Assembly (NCBI GenBank): GCA_038205935.1
Contig: JBBRBK010000026.1
Location: forward strand, 1-25,762
DNA: 25,762 nucleotides
Reading direction: 5' to 3'
Source of the DNA: Campylobacterales bacterium
Lineage (GTDB): Bacteria > Campylobacterota > Campylobacteria > Campylobacterales > Sulfurimonadaceae
Part shown: positions 17,387-25,762 of the stretch, piece by piece
Numbering within the stretch: position 1 is the stretch's first letter
Layout of the letters: every line of letters begins with the position of its first letter
Translations under genes and position numbers: made by a program
Notes under the pieces: model-generated
Told to the model about the DNA's origin: nothing
The model's input: only the letters and a program-made list of their open reading frames with translations
The model's database searches: none

Positions 17387-18850
17387 TTATATAAAATTCG
17401 GTGCATCGTTAGCAAAAAGGATGATATCCCCTGCTCTTGTTTGTTCGCCTAGAACTTCTGTCAATTTTGTTTTGTCTTTGAGGATTATCTTGTTATGAAC
17501 GGTTAAATGTTTATCAAAAAGTTCAGAATTGAGTGCACTTGTGACGATGGCGATATCAAAGACTTTATTGACCGCTTCTATAAACTGTAAGTTCAGCTCA
17601 TCACTACTTTCAACTAAACCCGGAGTTATAATCACTTTTCTTCCATTATGAAGAGAACATAGACGAACACCCTCAAGCATTCCATCAATGTTTCCGTTAT
17701 AGCCATCATCTAAAATGATCTTTCCACCTGCATCGATGCGTTGTAATCTATGCTCGACAGGTTTGAGATTTGCGACTGCTTTCGTAATCTCTTCATCAGA
17801 AAGACCAAGATGCTTTGCAACCAAAACTGCAGCTTCGATATTCATAGTCTGAAACTCACCTAAGATGACAGTGTGAAGTTTTAGCTCTTCATCTGCGTTT
17901 ACATGCGAAGTGCCCTGTGGGCGTAAAGTAAATGAAGTTCCCTCGAGGTTTGCTTCTATATCTTTGATATTATCTCCAAAAAAAGTTACCTTATCATGCG
18001 GCTCATCTGTCACAGAAGTGTGTATAAACGCTTTTTCTAAGCGTGGAGATTTCATGATCTGTAGTTTGGTCGCGATGATATTTTGTAGGTTTTTAAAATA
18101 CTCTAAATGCTGTAAGCCGACTTTACCAACGACCACAGTTTGAGGCTCTAAAAACTCAGTGATGATACGGATATCATCCATCTCTCTCGCACCTGCTTCA
18201 CAGACATAAACTTGCGTATCTTCAGGCAAAGACTCATTTACATCTCTGATGATCCCGCCGATGGTATTGACACTTCTTGGTGTTGCGTAGACTTTGTATT
18301 TGCTTGCCAAAATGCTTGCAACAAAGTTTTTGATACTTGTCTTGCCATAACTTCCAGTGATACACACTATTTGAAGGTTTTGCATTGACCCAAGATGTTT
18401 TTTTGCTTCTTTTTTATAGGCTGCAAAAAGAAACTTTTCTACCAAAGTAGAACCAATGTAAGCCACGACTAAAGGTAAAAGCACACCGTAAACTTCGCAT
18501 CCTTGTTTAATCAAACATAGAGCATCGCTAAAAAGAGTCACTGAAACTAAAAGGATCAGAAATCTTTTTACTCTCCATGTCAGTACAAGTTGTTTATCGA
18601 GTTTTTTGTTCCAAAGAAAGAGTGCTGGAAGTACCACGAGGTAAAAGAAAATAACAAAATATTTTCCTGCTGTGTAGTACGCAATAAAGGGGATAAGAAA
18701 ATAAACAACATGCCACCATCGTTTGTGATGGTTGAGTACAACTCTTTGGATCTTGTAATCGTACCATTGAAGGTTTGTGATGAGATACCAGCCGAGGGTT
18801 GTAACGAAAAGTACATTTGTGAGAAAGAGAGTTAAAGCCATATAATCCAA
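17387..18850 (-). CDS. murF: Mur ligase, Campylobacterota-type MurF with N-terminal TM segments
   Basis: ITGSYGKTSIK P-loop, S.NT..G, EAGA, EHRLQ, DDGYNGN; the ddl-hydrolase-murF order matches Campylobacter/Helicobacter. Confidence 0.85.
   Translation of the reverse strand: MDYMALTLFLTNVLFVTTLGWYLITNLQWYDYKIQRVVLNHHKRWWHVVYFLIPFIAYYTAGKYFVIFFYLVVLPALFLWNKKLDKQLVLTWRVKRFLILLVSVTLFSDALCLIKQGCEVYGVLLPLVVAYIGSTLVEKFLFAAYKKEAKKHLGSMQNLQIVCITGSYGKTSIKNFVASILASKYKVYATPRSVNTIGGIIRDVNESLPEDTQVYVCEAGAREMDDIRIITEFLEPQTVVVGKVGLQHLEYFKNLQNIIATKLQIMKSPRLEKAFIHTSVTDEPHDKVTFFGDNIKDIEANLEGTSFTLRPQGTSHVNADEELKLHTVILGEFQTMNIEAAVLVAKHLGLSDEEITKAVANLKPVEHRLQRIDAGGKIILDDGYNGNIDGMLEGVRLCSLHNGRKVIITPGLVESSDELNLQFIEAVNKVFDIAIVTSALNSELFDKHLTVHNKIILKDKTKLTEVLGEQTRAGDIILFANDAPNFI
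17898..17927. mobile_element. 18-bp in-frame GC-rich mini-insertion (17905-17922) splitting a TTTACATGTAAA palindrome
   Basis: TTTACAT[GCGAAGTGCCCTGTGGGC]GTAAA; removing the bracketed 18 nt restores the 12-bp palindrome and the T-L-H-V-N reading. The insert is 13/18 GC with a GCCC-TGT-GGGC hairpin. Mobility is inferred. Confidence 0.6.
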
Positions 18851-18851
18851 A

Positions 18852-19586
18852 TTAGTGCTCCAGTTTTTTTATAAATGTTTCTTCGATAAGCTGTGAAATA
18901 GCTTTTGCGTGTTTCATAAAGAAATAGTGATCTCCATCATATGGCACAAATTTTGAGCCTTGCATCAAAGTTGCGATCTTTTCTCCGCAATAAAGAGGCG
19001 TTGCTGTGTCATTTTTGCCCCAGCAAATAAGTGCTTTGGACTTAGAGTCTGCAAACTCTTGGCTAAAATCTTCATTGATAACACCCTTAAAAGTTTCGTA
19101 CATGTAAGTGTTGAGCGTCTTTGCATCTTCTGCCACAAAAAACTTTCTAACATTGGCAAAGCCAAATCTTTTAAGTGCTTTAAACAGAGCTATTTTTACT
19201 TTTACTTTAAAAGATTTTTCAGTATAAATACCGGCACTTGAGAGTAAAACAAGAACTTCCGGTTCAAGTAAAAGTGCCACTTTCCCGCCAAAAGAGTGAC
19301 CGACGATGATGTTTTTACTTGCATTTATATCAACCATCAAAAGCTCGACCAAGCGCGCATAATCAGCCGTTGTAAGAATGGTGTTACATGTAGAGTTTCC
19401 AAATCCTGGAAGGTCGATGTAAATATGGCGAAACTTCTCCATATATGGGCTAAAGGACTGCTTCATAAGATTTTTATTTGATCCCCAGCCGTGCAGGATG
19501 ATAATGTCTATCTTCGCCTCTGGGTTTAGTATCTCATAACTGATATCAAAAGTGTGTCTATTGTATTGAATAGATTTAACTGCCAC
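18852..19586 (-). CDS. Alpha/beta-fold hydrolase
   Basis: LHGWG, IDLPGFG, GHSFGG nucleophile elbow, WG..D, H near the C-terminus. Confidence 0.92.
   Translation of the reverse strand: MAVKSIQYNRHTFDISYEILNPEAKIDIIILHGWGSNKNLMKQSFSPYMEKFRHIYIDLPGFGNSTCNTILTTADYARLVELLMVDINASKNIIVGHSFGGKVALLLEPEVLVLLSSAGIYTEKSFKVKVKIALFKALKRFGFANVRKFFVAEDAKTLNTYMYETFKGVINEDFSQEFADSKSKALICWGKNDTATPLYCGEKIATLMQGSKFVPYDGDHYFFMKHAKAISQLIEETFIKKLEH
19098..19107. repeat. Iterated palindrome, copy 9, 9/10 (hydrolase, Y-M-Y frame)
   Basis: gTACATGTAAg; coding strand reads ACT TAC ATG TAC. Confidence 0.8.
19384..19393. repeat. Iterated palindrome, copy 10, 9/10 (hydrolase, S-T-C-N frame)
   Basis: gTTACATGTAg. Confidence 0.8.
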
Positions 19587-20624
19587 TTACTTGCCCTTAG
19601 CGCTTGAGATGGAGTGGATATATTGGTAATCTACGCTTGCTCTTTTTCTACTTGGTAAAGATGTCAAGAGTCTGCTTATCGTATGTGAAAAATCAGCAAA
19701 AAGATAGTTTGCCATCGATCCTGGAATTGGGTTTATTTCGTTGAGATACACTTCGCCATCTACCACAAAGAAGTCACAACGAATCAACGCACCCTCAAAA
19801 AGGTTTGTATAGATTTTTGCAAATGTGTTTTGAAGATCAGTGACAAGTTTGTCATCAATCTCAGCAGATGAAACAGTTGCCGAACGTGAAAAATCCATAT
19901 ATTTTTTCTCAAAATCTAAAAACTCATTTTTTTGCGGCTCTTCGACGATAGAAAAATTGATCTCGCCATCTAGCATACAACCAGCTAAGTTATACTCTTT
20001 TACTCCGTTGATAAAAGGCTCGATTAAAACATTTTCATCAAACTCAAAAGCCACATCAAGAGCATAATCAAGTTCACTTTCACTTTTGACGACACTCACA
20101 CCAATACTGCTTCCAAGACGTGCAGGTTTGATGATAACTGGATATTCTAAACCTATTTTTCTTTCATCATTTTTGTTCATTGTTTCATACGCAACACTCT
20201 TTACATGTAAGGCATCGCAGAGGTATTTTGTATAACGTTTATCAAAGCTAAATACACAAGCATCAGGGCGAGGACCGATAAAAGGGATATGATAAAAATC
20301 TAAAAGTGAAGCGATAATCCCATCTTCGCCATCAGCGCCGTGGATAAGATTTAAAACAGTCGTTCCAACCATTTCACTTGAAAAAAGTGATTTTTTTTCA
20401 AACCCGCCTTTGATAAGTGAGAGTTTAGGCATCTTTTTATGTTCGCCTCTTGAGAAAGTCACAGCTTTCATCTTTGAAGCATCGATCTGGTAAAAAGTAT
20501 GATCTTGATCACAAAAAATAAACTCTAATTGAAAGCCACGTAATTTCTCTTTTACTGTAATAGCACTAACGATACTGATCTCATGTTCAAAACTTGCCCC
20601 GCCAAATAATATTGCTAATTTCAC
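19587..20624 (-). CDS. ddl: D-alanine--D-alanine ligase
   Basis: LFGG.S.EHEISIVSA, LIHG.DGEDG, PVIIKP..LGSSIGV, RCDFF, LNEINPIPG. Confidence 0.96.
   Translation of the reverse strand: MKLAILFGGASFEHEISIVSAITVKEKLRGFQLEFIFCDQDHTFYQIDASKMKAVTFSRGEHKKMPKLSLIKGGFEKKSLFSSEMVGTTVLNLIHGADGEDGIIASLLDFYHIPFIGPRPDACVFSFDKRYTKYLCDALHVKSVAYETMNKNDERKIGLEYPVIIKPARLGSSIGVSVVKSESELDYALDVAFEFDENVLIEPFINGVKEYNLAGCMLDGEINFSIVEEPQKNEFLDFEKKYMDFSRSATVSSAEIDDKLVTDLQNTFAKIYTNLFEGALIRCDFFVVDGEVYLNEINPIPGSMANYLFADFSHTISRLLTSLPSRKRASVDYQYIHSISSAKGK
20201..20210. repeat. Iterated palindrome TTACATGTAA, copy 11 (ddl, L-H-V)
   Basis: ctTTACATGTAAggc. Confidence 0.9.
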
Positions 20625-20633
20625 TCTATTCCT

Positions 20634-21200
20634 TTATATTTTTTGTAATTTTTTTAATGCTTCTCGCACAAGAGGTGCAGTCTCTTCACTGACACAACTA
20701 CTTAACACTTTTAATATCTGATCTTTTTTAAATCCTAAACTCTCGAGTGCCAATGTCGCATCACTTATGGCAGTCGAATCCGCAGCAGAATCATTTGAGA
20801 TCAGAATTGTATCAAAACCGCTGAGTTCTACCAAGATACGCCCTGCATTTTTTGGACCAATCCCCGGAACTTTTTTGAGTCCGTTGATATCGCCATTGTT
20901 GATGATGCCTGCAAAAGCTGATGGCGTAAAGGTGCTACAGATCGCCATTGCGACCTTTGGCCCTACTCCGTTGATCTTGATAAGACGCTCAAAAAGCACT
21001 TTTTCAGATTTTTCCATAAAGCCATACAAAAGCTGAGCATCTTCACGAATGATATGAGAAGTAAAGAGTTTGACTCTCTCTTTTTGCAACGCCGAATAAC
21101 TCTGCAAAGAGATAAATACTTCATAAACAATGCCATTGACGTTTACATGTACAACACTTGGATCTTTATATTCTATTACGCCTTCAACTCCGACTATCAT
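20634..21200 (-). CDS. ruvA: Holliday junction branch migration protein RuvA
   Basis: [48 protein letters not shown]. Confidence 0.96.
   Translation of the reverse strand: MIVGVEGVIEYKDPSVVHVNVNGIVYEVFISLQSYSALQKERVKLFTSHIIREDAQLLYGFMEKSEKVLFERLIKINGVGPKVAMAICSTFTPSAFAGIINNGDINGLKKVPGIGPKNAGRILVELSGFDTILISNDSAADSTAISDATLALESLGFKKDQILKVLSSCVSEETAPLVREALKKLQKI
21143..21152. repeat. Iterated palindrome, copy 12, 9/10 (ruvA, V-H-V)
   Basis: gtTTACATGTAc. Confidence 0.8.
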
Positions 21201-23107
21201 TCTTTTACCGCCTTGATAATATACTTATCATCTTCTGTTTTTACTAGAGCAAATATTTTCTCAAGAGAGTCTTCACGAGGAGTGTAGACAATATCCATTG
21301 GAGGGTCTATAAGCTTAAAACGTATTTCATTGTAGCCAACCCATCTATCTCTATTTATCACTCTTGCATTATAAATATCCTCTTGCACTGTATGGATAGC
21401 CAGATTTATTTTTTCGCGATGCTCTTTTTTTTCACTCTCTTCACTTACAAGATCAGCTAGATTTTGTTGCAGTTTTTGATATTGCTTATATGATTTTACA
21501 AAAGCAGCAGGCATCACAATGTTATTTTTTTTGTAATGCATCAGCTTTTTTTTCACTTCTACAAAACTGCTTTCATTATTTTTAAGAACTGTTGTATATT
21601 TTTCTATCTCTTTTTTCAACGAACTCAGTCTCTCATCAAGAACTGCAATCTCTTGCTCTTTATCATCAACATTTTCGTTCATCGACTCAATCGCAAGAGG
21701 ATCAATAATAAATTTGTTTTCACTGCCTTGCATCTTTTTAATCTCTATAAAATGGCTTGCAGTAATGTTGACATGAGAGCCAAGCAGTTCAATAGTCACA
21801 TCTTTTGCCTTAACATTGCCACCAATAGCCTGAGCAATATTTACAACATTTCCAACAACACTTCCTTGTTCAAGCCTTGTGATATGCACATTCATTCCTC
21901 GTGCTTCACCTTTGTGAACATTGATGGAAAGTTCATCCGCTTCGACGTAAGAGCTTTTATGTGTTTGCCCATCGACATTCGCTTTTTTCGCATGGACTCT
22001 GGCATGAGGACCTACATTGCCATCAATGTCAATCTCACTTACTTCCACATCCATGCCCATACCAACGGCGTCTTTAAAGATATCATTCTCTTTAACTTTT
22101 AAAGTTACATCCGCATCAAGCTTTGTTTCTATAGAGCCTGTTGATTTAAAGCTGATCTCAGTAAGATCAAGTTCATCGCGGATATCATAAGTCTCATTTT
22201 CAAAGACAATATAACCATTTTCTATCGCTTTATACAGCACACTCTCTGGAGTATCGATGACAGCTATTTTCTCACTTACTTTAAAAGTCGGTTCATTTGA
22301 AAGAATAGGTTCTTTCGCTGCAAGAAATTCACCTCTACAGTTACGTCCAGAACTCCCTTTTTTTGGTTTGATATATTCTATAAGAAGCTCATCTTTGACG
22401 ACACTAATGACATAATTTCTTTTTGAATAATCAACTTTATTTTCTTTTTCCTTCTCGCTTTTGTCTTTAAAGTGCAATATAAGTTCATCATTGATGGTCG
22501 GTTCAGGTTCAACTCCTTGTGCGACGATGAGAATTTCATTTTTATCAAATTGAAGCCCTTTATTTACAATCATACTCGCGTTAAGCTTCGAGGTAACATC
22601 GCCCATCATCTCATCAAAAAGTCCGACCAAAAGATTTGCACGGATCTTTTTTTTGTTCACAAGTTCTAAAAAATCTTCGGTAAAAGTTTCAACAAATGGT
22701 GCGCTCGAGCCTTGTTTAATTGTTAAAAAAACTTTGCACATTGTTGCATTGACACCTACAGAAAATGCCAGTCCATCATATGCTGGTCTTGGTTTTTTTG
22801 TAAAAACTTCTATCTCATACGTCTGTTTAATCTCAAAGTCAGGATTCAGTAGCAGATCACCCTGACTCAGTTCTTTTAATTGGGTTGAAGTGATCTCATT
22901 AAATAACTCATTATTCGAAGAAGATTTTTTACGAGTTAATGTCTGCATCTCTAAGATATTAAAATCTAAAGTTGCGAGATCAACTTTGTTAGAAGATGCA
23001 ATATTGGTAAGTTCTTTTGTAACATTATCCGTTTTTACCACAATGGGTCGGATAACTTTTTGCTTATTATCAGTCTCGTTATTAGAACCAAAAAATGCCA
23101 TAATCAT
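21197..23107 (-). CDS. Flagellar assembly protein A-like (DUF342/FapA family)
   Basis: V.KDELL.EY.KPK.G..GRNCRG, TGSI, beta-helix-like GNVG/GQTH repeats, C-terminal coiled coil; sits between ruvA and divergent murJ as in Campylobacterota. Confidence 0.75.
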   Translation of the reverse strand: MIMAFFGSNNETDNKQKVIRPIVVKTDNVTKELTNIASSNKVDLATLDFNILEMQTLTRKKSSSNNELFNEITSTQLKELSQGDLLLNPDFEIKQTYEIEVFTKKPRPAYDGLAFSVGVNATMCKVFLTIKQGSSAPFVETFTEDFLELVNKKKIRANLLVGLFDEMMGDVTSKLNASMIVNKGLQFDKNEILIVAQGVEPEPTINDELILHFKDKSEKEKENKVDYSKRNYVISVVKDELLIEYIKPKKGSSGRNCRGEFLAAKEPILSNEPTFKVSEKIAVIDTPESVLYKAIENGYIVFENETYDIRDELDLTEISFKSTGSIETKLDADVTLKVKENDIFKDAVGMGMDVEVSEIDIDGNVGPHARVHAKKANVDGQTHKSSYVEADELSINVHKGEARGMNVHITRLEQGSVVGNVVNIAQAIGGNVKAKDVTIELLGSHVNITASHFIEIKKMQGSENKFIIDPLAIESMNENVDDKEQEIAVLDERLSSLKKEIEKYTTVLKNNESSFVEVKKKLMHYKKNNIVMPAAFVKSYKQYQKLQQNLADLVSEESEKKEHREKINLAIHTVQEDIYNARVINRDRWVGYNEIRFKLIDPPMDIVYTPREDSLEKIFALVKTEDDKYIIKAVKE

Positions 23108-23188
23108 CTCTCTTTGTATTTAAGGAGTTCTATTTTAGTATCATCTTTGTTAAACTATTGTAAAATTCACAAAAAATTAAAGAATACT

Positions 23189-24595
23189 ATGTTTAAAGCA
23201 ATTTTTACCAACGGTTTTGGGATACTTTTTTCAAGAGTTCTCGGTTTCGTGCGAGACCTTCTGACCGCTTCTATCCTTGGAGCCAATATCTACAGCGACA
23301 TTTTTTTCATAGCCTTTAAACTTCCAAATCTCTTTCGCCGTATTTTTGCTGAGGGTGCTTTTACTCAAGTGTTTTTACCCTCGTTTACACGTTCTACAAA
23401 AAAAAGCCTTTTTTCAGTGCACATCTTTGTCATATTTCTCTCCATCATTTTGCTTCTTTCATTTTTGGTGACCATCTTTTCAAGTTTTGCCACGAAGATG
23501 TTAGCTGTAGGTTTTGATGAAAAAACCATTGCTATCGCAGCGCCCTATGTAGCGATCAATTTTTACTATTTGCCACTTATTTTTGCCGTCACATTTTTTA
23601 GTACACTCTTGCAATACAAACACTATTTTGGCGTTACAGCATTTTCCACAGGACTTTTAAATATCACTCTTATTGCCGCACTTTATCTTTCAAAAGGTTC
23701 ATCTCAAAGTGTTATAGTTTATTATCTAAGTTGGGGCGTTATCGCTGGTGGAATTCTTCAACTTTTAGTGCATATTTGGGCAATCCATAGACTCGGATTT
23801 TCAAAAATGCTTCTTGGCGGACTTAAGTATTTTAAAAGAAAATCCTTACATGTAAAGCAAGAAACAACACAGTTTCGCAAGCAGTTTTTACCTGCAATGT
23901 GGGGAAATTCTGGAGCGCAATTTTCCTCGTTTTTAGATACTTGGCTGGCATCATTTTTAGTAAGCGGATCGATCAGTTATCTTTACTATGCAAACCGCAT
24001 TTTTCAGCTTCCGCTCGCACTTTTTGCCATTGCAACTTCCATAGCTATATTTCCTAAAATTTCGAAATTATTAAAAAATAATGATGAAAAAAGAGCGCAT
24101 GAAACTATGCGAAAAGCTTTTTGGTTTTTAGCGTATATTCTAACGTTTAGTACCCTTTTTGGCTGGGTTCTTGCAGATGAGATTATCAAAACACTTTTTC
24201 AACGTGGCGCATTTACAAGCGAAGATGCTACGACCACTTCAATGGTACTCAAAATGTATATGATTGGGCTACTGCCTTTTGGTTTGAATAAACTTTTTTC
24301 ACTTTGGCTTTATGCGCAACAGCAACAGATGAAAGCCGCTAAGATCACAACATTTGCGCTCGCAGCAGATATTGTATTTTCTGTGAGTTTTGTATCTTAT
24401 CTTGGTGTTTCTGGGCTAGCTTTAGGAACGACTATCAGCGGAATAGTTAGTTTTGTTTTGACTTTAAGAGTGTTTGGAATGAAACCATTTTTAGATATTT
24501 TTCTTACAAAACATGCTCTGTATCTACTGGGTGGATCCGTTGTTTTAACTATTTTATTATTGCTACTTAAGGAGTTCTTACATGTACATATTTGA
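23189..24595 (+). CDS. murJ: Lipid II flippase MurJ (MviN)
   Basis: SRVLGFVRD, D.FF.AFKLPNLFRRIFAEGAF, LYYANRIFQLPLALF, LFQRGAF. Start moved to ATG 23189. Confidence 0.96.
   Translation: MFKAIFTNGFGILFSRVLGFVRDLLTASILGANIYSDIFFIAFKLPNLFRRIFAEGAFTQVFLPSFTRSTKKSLFSVHIFVIFLSIILLLSFLVTIFSSFATKMLAVGFDEKTIAIAAPYVAINFYYLPLIFAVTFFSTLLQYKHYFGVTAFSTGLLNITLIAALYLSKGSSQSVIVYYLSWGVIAGGILQLLVHIWAIHRLGFSKMLLGGLKYFKRKSLHVKQETTQFRKQFLPAMWGNSGAQFSSFLDTWLASFLVSGSISYLYYANRIFQLPLALFAIATSIAIFPKISKLLKNNDEKRAHETMRKAFWFLAYILTFSTLFGWVLADEIIKTLFQRGAFTSEDATTTSMVLKMYMIGLLPFGLNKLFSLWLYAQQQQMKAAKITTFALAADIVFSVSFVSYLGVSGLALGTTISGIVSFVLTLRVFGMKPFLDIFLTKHALYLLGGSVVLTILLLLLKEFLHVHI
23846..23855. repeat. Iterated palindrome TTACATGTAA, copy 13 (murJ, L-H-V)
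   Basis: ccTTACATGTAAag. Confidence 0.9.
24578..24587. repeat. Iterated palindrome, copy 14, 9/10, containing the cysS start codon
   Basis: cTTACATGTAc; L-H-V in murJ, ATG-TAC in cysS. Confidence 0.8.
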
Positions 24596-25762
24596 CAGTG
24601 TTCAAAAGATAAAAAGGGAGTTTATTTCTCTTAAAAAAAACGAAGTTTCTTTGTATGTTTGTGGTCCTACAGTTTATGATGACGCGCACCTTGGACATGC
24701 AAAAAGTGCTCTTGTCTTTGACTTGCTTTCTCGTGTTTTAAGAGCTGAGGGTTATAGTGTCAAATACGCAAGAAACATTACAGATATTGATGACAAGATC
24801 ATCAAAAAAGCGACTGAGCTTGGCGTGAGTATCAAAGAGATCACAGACAAATATACAGAGGCGTATCACGCAGATATGGCACATCTTGGCATTCAAAGAC
24901 CAGACATCGAGCCAAAAGCTACCGAATCACTAGACGCAATGTTTTTGATGATACAAAATCTCCTAGATCGCAAACACGCTTATCAGATAAGTAACGGCGA
25001 TATCTATTTTGATACGGCAAGTGATAGTGAATATCTTAGCATCTCCCACAGAGTTCAAAACGAAGATGAAAAACAAAACAGGGTTTTAAACTCAAATGAG
25101 AAAAAAAACAGCGCTGATTTTGCTCTTTGGAAAACTGTAGCTGATGGAGATATTAGTTTTGACTCTCCTTTTGGAAAAGGTCGTCCCGGATGGCACTTAG
25201 AGTGTTCTGCGATGATAGAAAAGCACCTTACATGTAAGGATGTCGGCAAATATGCCATCGATATCCACGGCGGCGGAGCTGACTTGCTCTTTCCTCACCA
25301 TGAAAATGAAGCGGCGCAGACACGATGTTCTACAAACCACGAGATCGCGGCGTATTGGATGCATAATGGTTTTGTAAACATTGATGGCGAAAAGATGAGC
25401 AAAAGTCTTGGAAACAGTTTTTTCATCAAAGATGCACTTAAAGTTTATGATGGCGAAGTGTTAAGATTTTATCTACTTTCAACTCACTATAGAAGTAATT
25501 TTAACTTCAATGAAGAGGATCTGTTGGCTTCAAAAAAACGTCTGGATAAGTTGTATCGCTTAAAAAAACGTCTCTTTGGTTTGGAAGTTCACTCTGACAT
25601 GCAAACAGCTTTTAAAACGAAACTGCTTGACGCACTTAAAGATGATCTTAACGTTTCTACGGCTCTCTCAGTGATCGATGAAATGATCTCAATAGTCAAT
25701 GAAACACTAGACTCTGTGGGCAAACATAAAGAGCTCAAACGCGAAGCTATGATTGATATGGC
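24582..25762 (+). CDS. cysS: Cysteine--tRNA ligase, 5' part; runs off the right edge
   Basis: Translated by hand from ATG 24582 (AAGGAG RBS): YVCGPTVYDDAHLGH, NITDIDDKII, DFALWK, GRPGWHLECSAM, DIHGGGADLLFPHHENE, KMSKSLGN. Confidence 0.97.
   Translation, partial: MYIFDSVQKIKREFISLKKNEVSLYVCGPTVYDDAHLGHAKSALVFDLLSRVLRAEGYSVKYARNITDIDDKIIKKATELGVSIKEITDKYTEAYHADMAHLGIQRPDIEPKATESLDAMFLMIQNLLDRKHAYQISNGDIYFDTASDSEYLSISHRVQNEDEKQNRVLNSNEKKNSADFALWKTVADGDISFDSPFGKGRPGWHLECSAMIEKHLTCKDVGKYAIDIHGGGADLLFPHHENEAAQTRCSTNHEIAAYWMHNGFVNIDGEKMSKSLGNSFFIKDALKVYDGEVLRFYLLSTHYRSNFNFNEEDLLASKKRLDKLYRLKKRLFGLEVHSDMQTAFKTKLLDALKDDLNVSTALSVIDEMISIVNETLDSVGKHKELKREAMIDM
25226..25239. repeat. Iterated palindrome, copy 15, extended to 14 bp CCTTACATGTAAGG (cysS, L-T-C-K)
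   Basis: Perfect 14-bp palindrome read directly. Confidence 0.9.

Noticed and set aside
21536..22102. 188-aa + strand ORF
   Set aside because: Entirely antisense to the FapA-like gene, with the F/I/N-rich composition typical of a shadow frame; no recognisable domain.
23060..23188. N-terminal extensions in the ORF track for murJ (likewise pstB, rfbB and the S4 gene)
   Set aside because: They overlap neighbouring genes or promoters; downstream ATGs fit family N-termini better.
951..25239. Reading the repeated palindrome as a CRISPR array or classical REP/BIME
   Set aside because: Copies are only 10-16 bp, irregularly spaced and intragenic; no cas or RAYT gene in the window.
802..25258. The other short (60-120 aa) ORFs in the track that overlap called genes
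   Set aside because: Antisense or alternative-frame shadows of well-supported genes, with no independent signals.

Overview
AT-rich bacterial chromosome segment. Gene content and order point to Campylobacterota, probably a Sulfurimonas-like organism (inferred from synteny and protein style, not from a search). The window has three parts. (i) A minus-strand housekeeping block: S4-domain gene, trpD, tsaE, lptB, rpoN, TIGR02757, then rfbA-C-D-B (dTDP-L-rhamnose) and an AEC-family transporter cut by the left edge. (ii) An ion-uptake block: pstS-C-A-B-phoU plus a PiT transporter, with two matching Pho-box-like promoters, a small divergent membrane-protein gene and ktrB-ktrA. (iii) A cell-wall/repair block: fapA-like, ruvA, ddl, hydrolase, murF and HIT, with divergent murJ and cysS (cut by the right edge). 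The genes are ordinary; the unusual signal lies inside them. The palindrome (Y)TTACATGTAA(R) occurs 15 times at >=9/10 identity (9 perfect), always within coding sequence and in all three reading frames. A 16th copy in murF is split by an in-frame, GC-rich 18-bp hairpin insertion (adds RPQGTS). No copy was found in the ~9.4-kb stretch covering the ion-transport block. This looks like a HIP1/uptake-sequence-like iterated palindrome that may also be the target of a miniature intragenic insertion element. All counts were made by eye.
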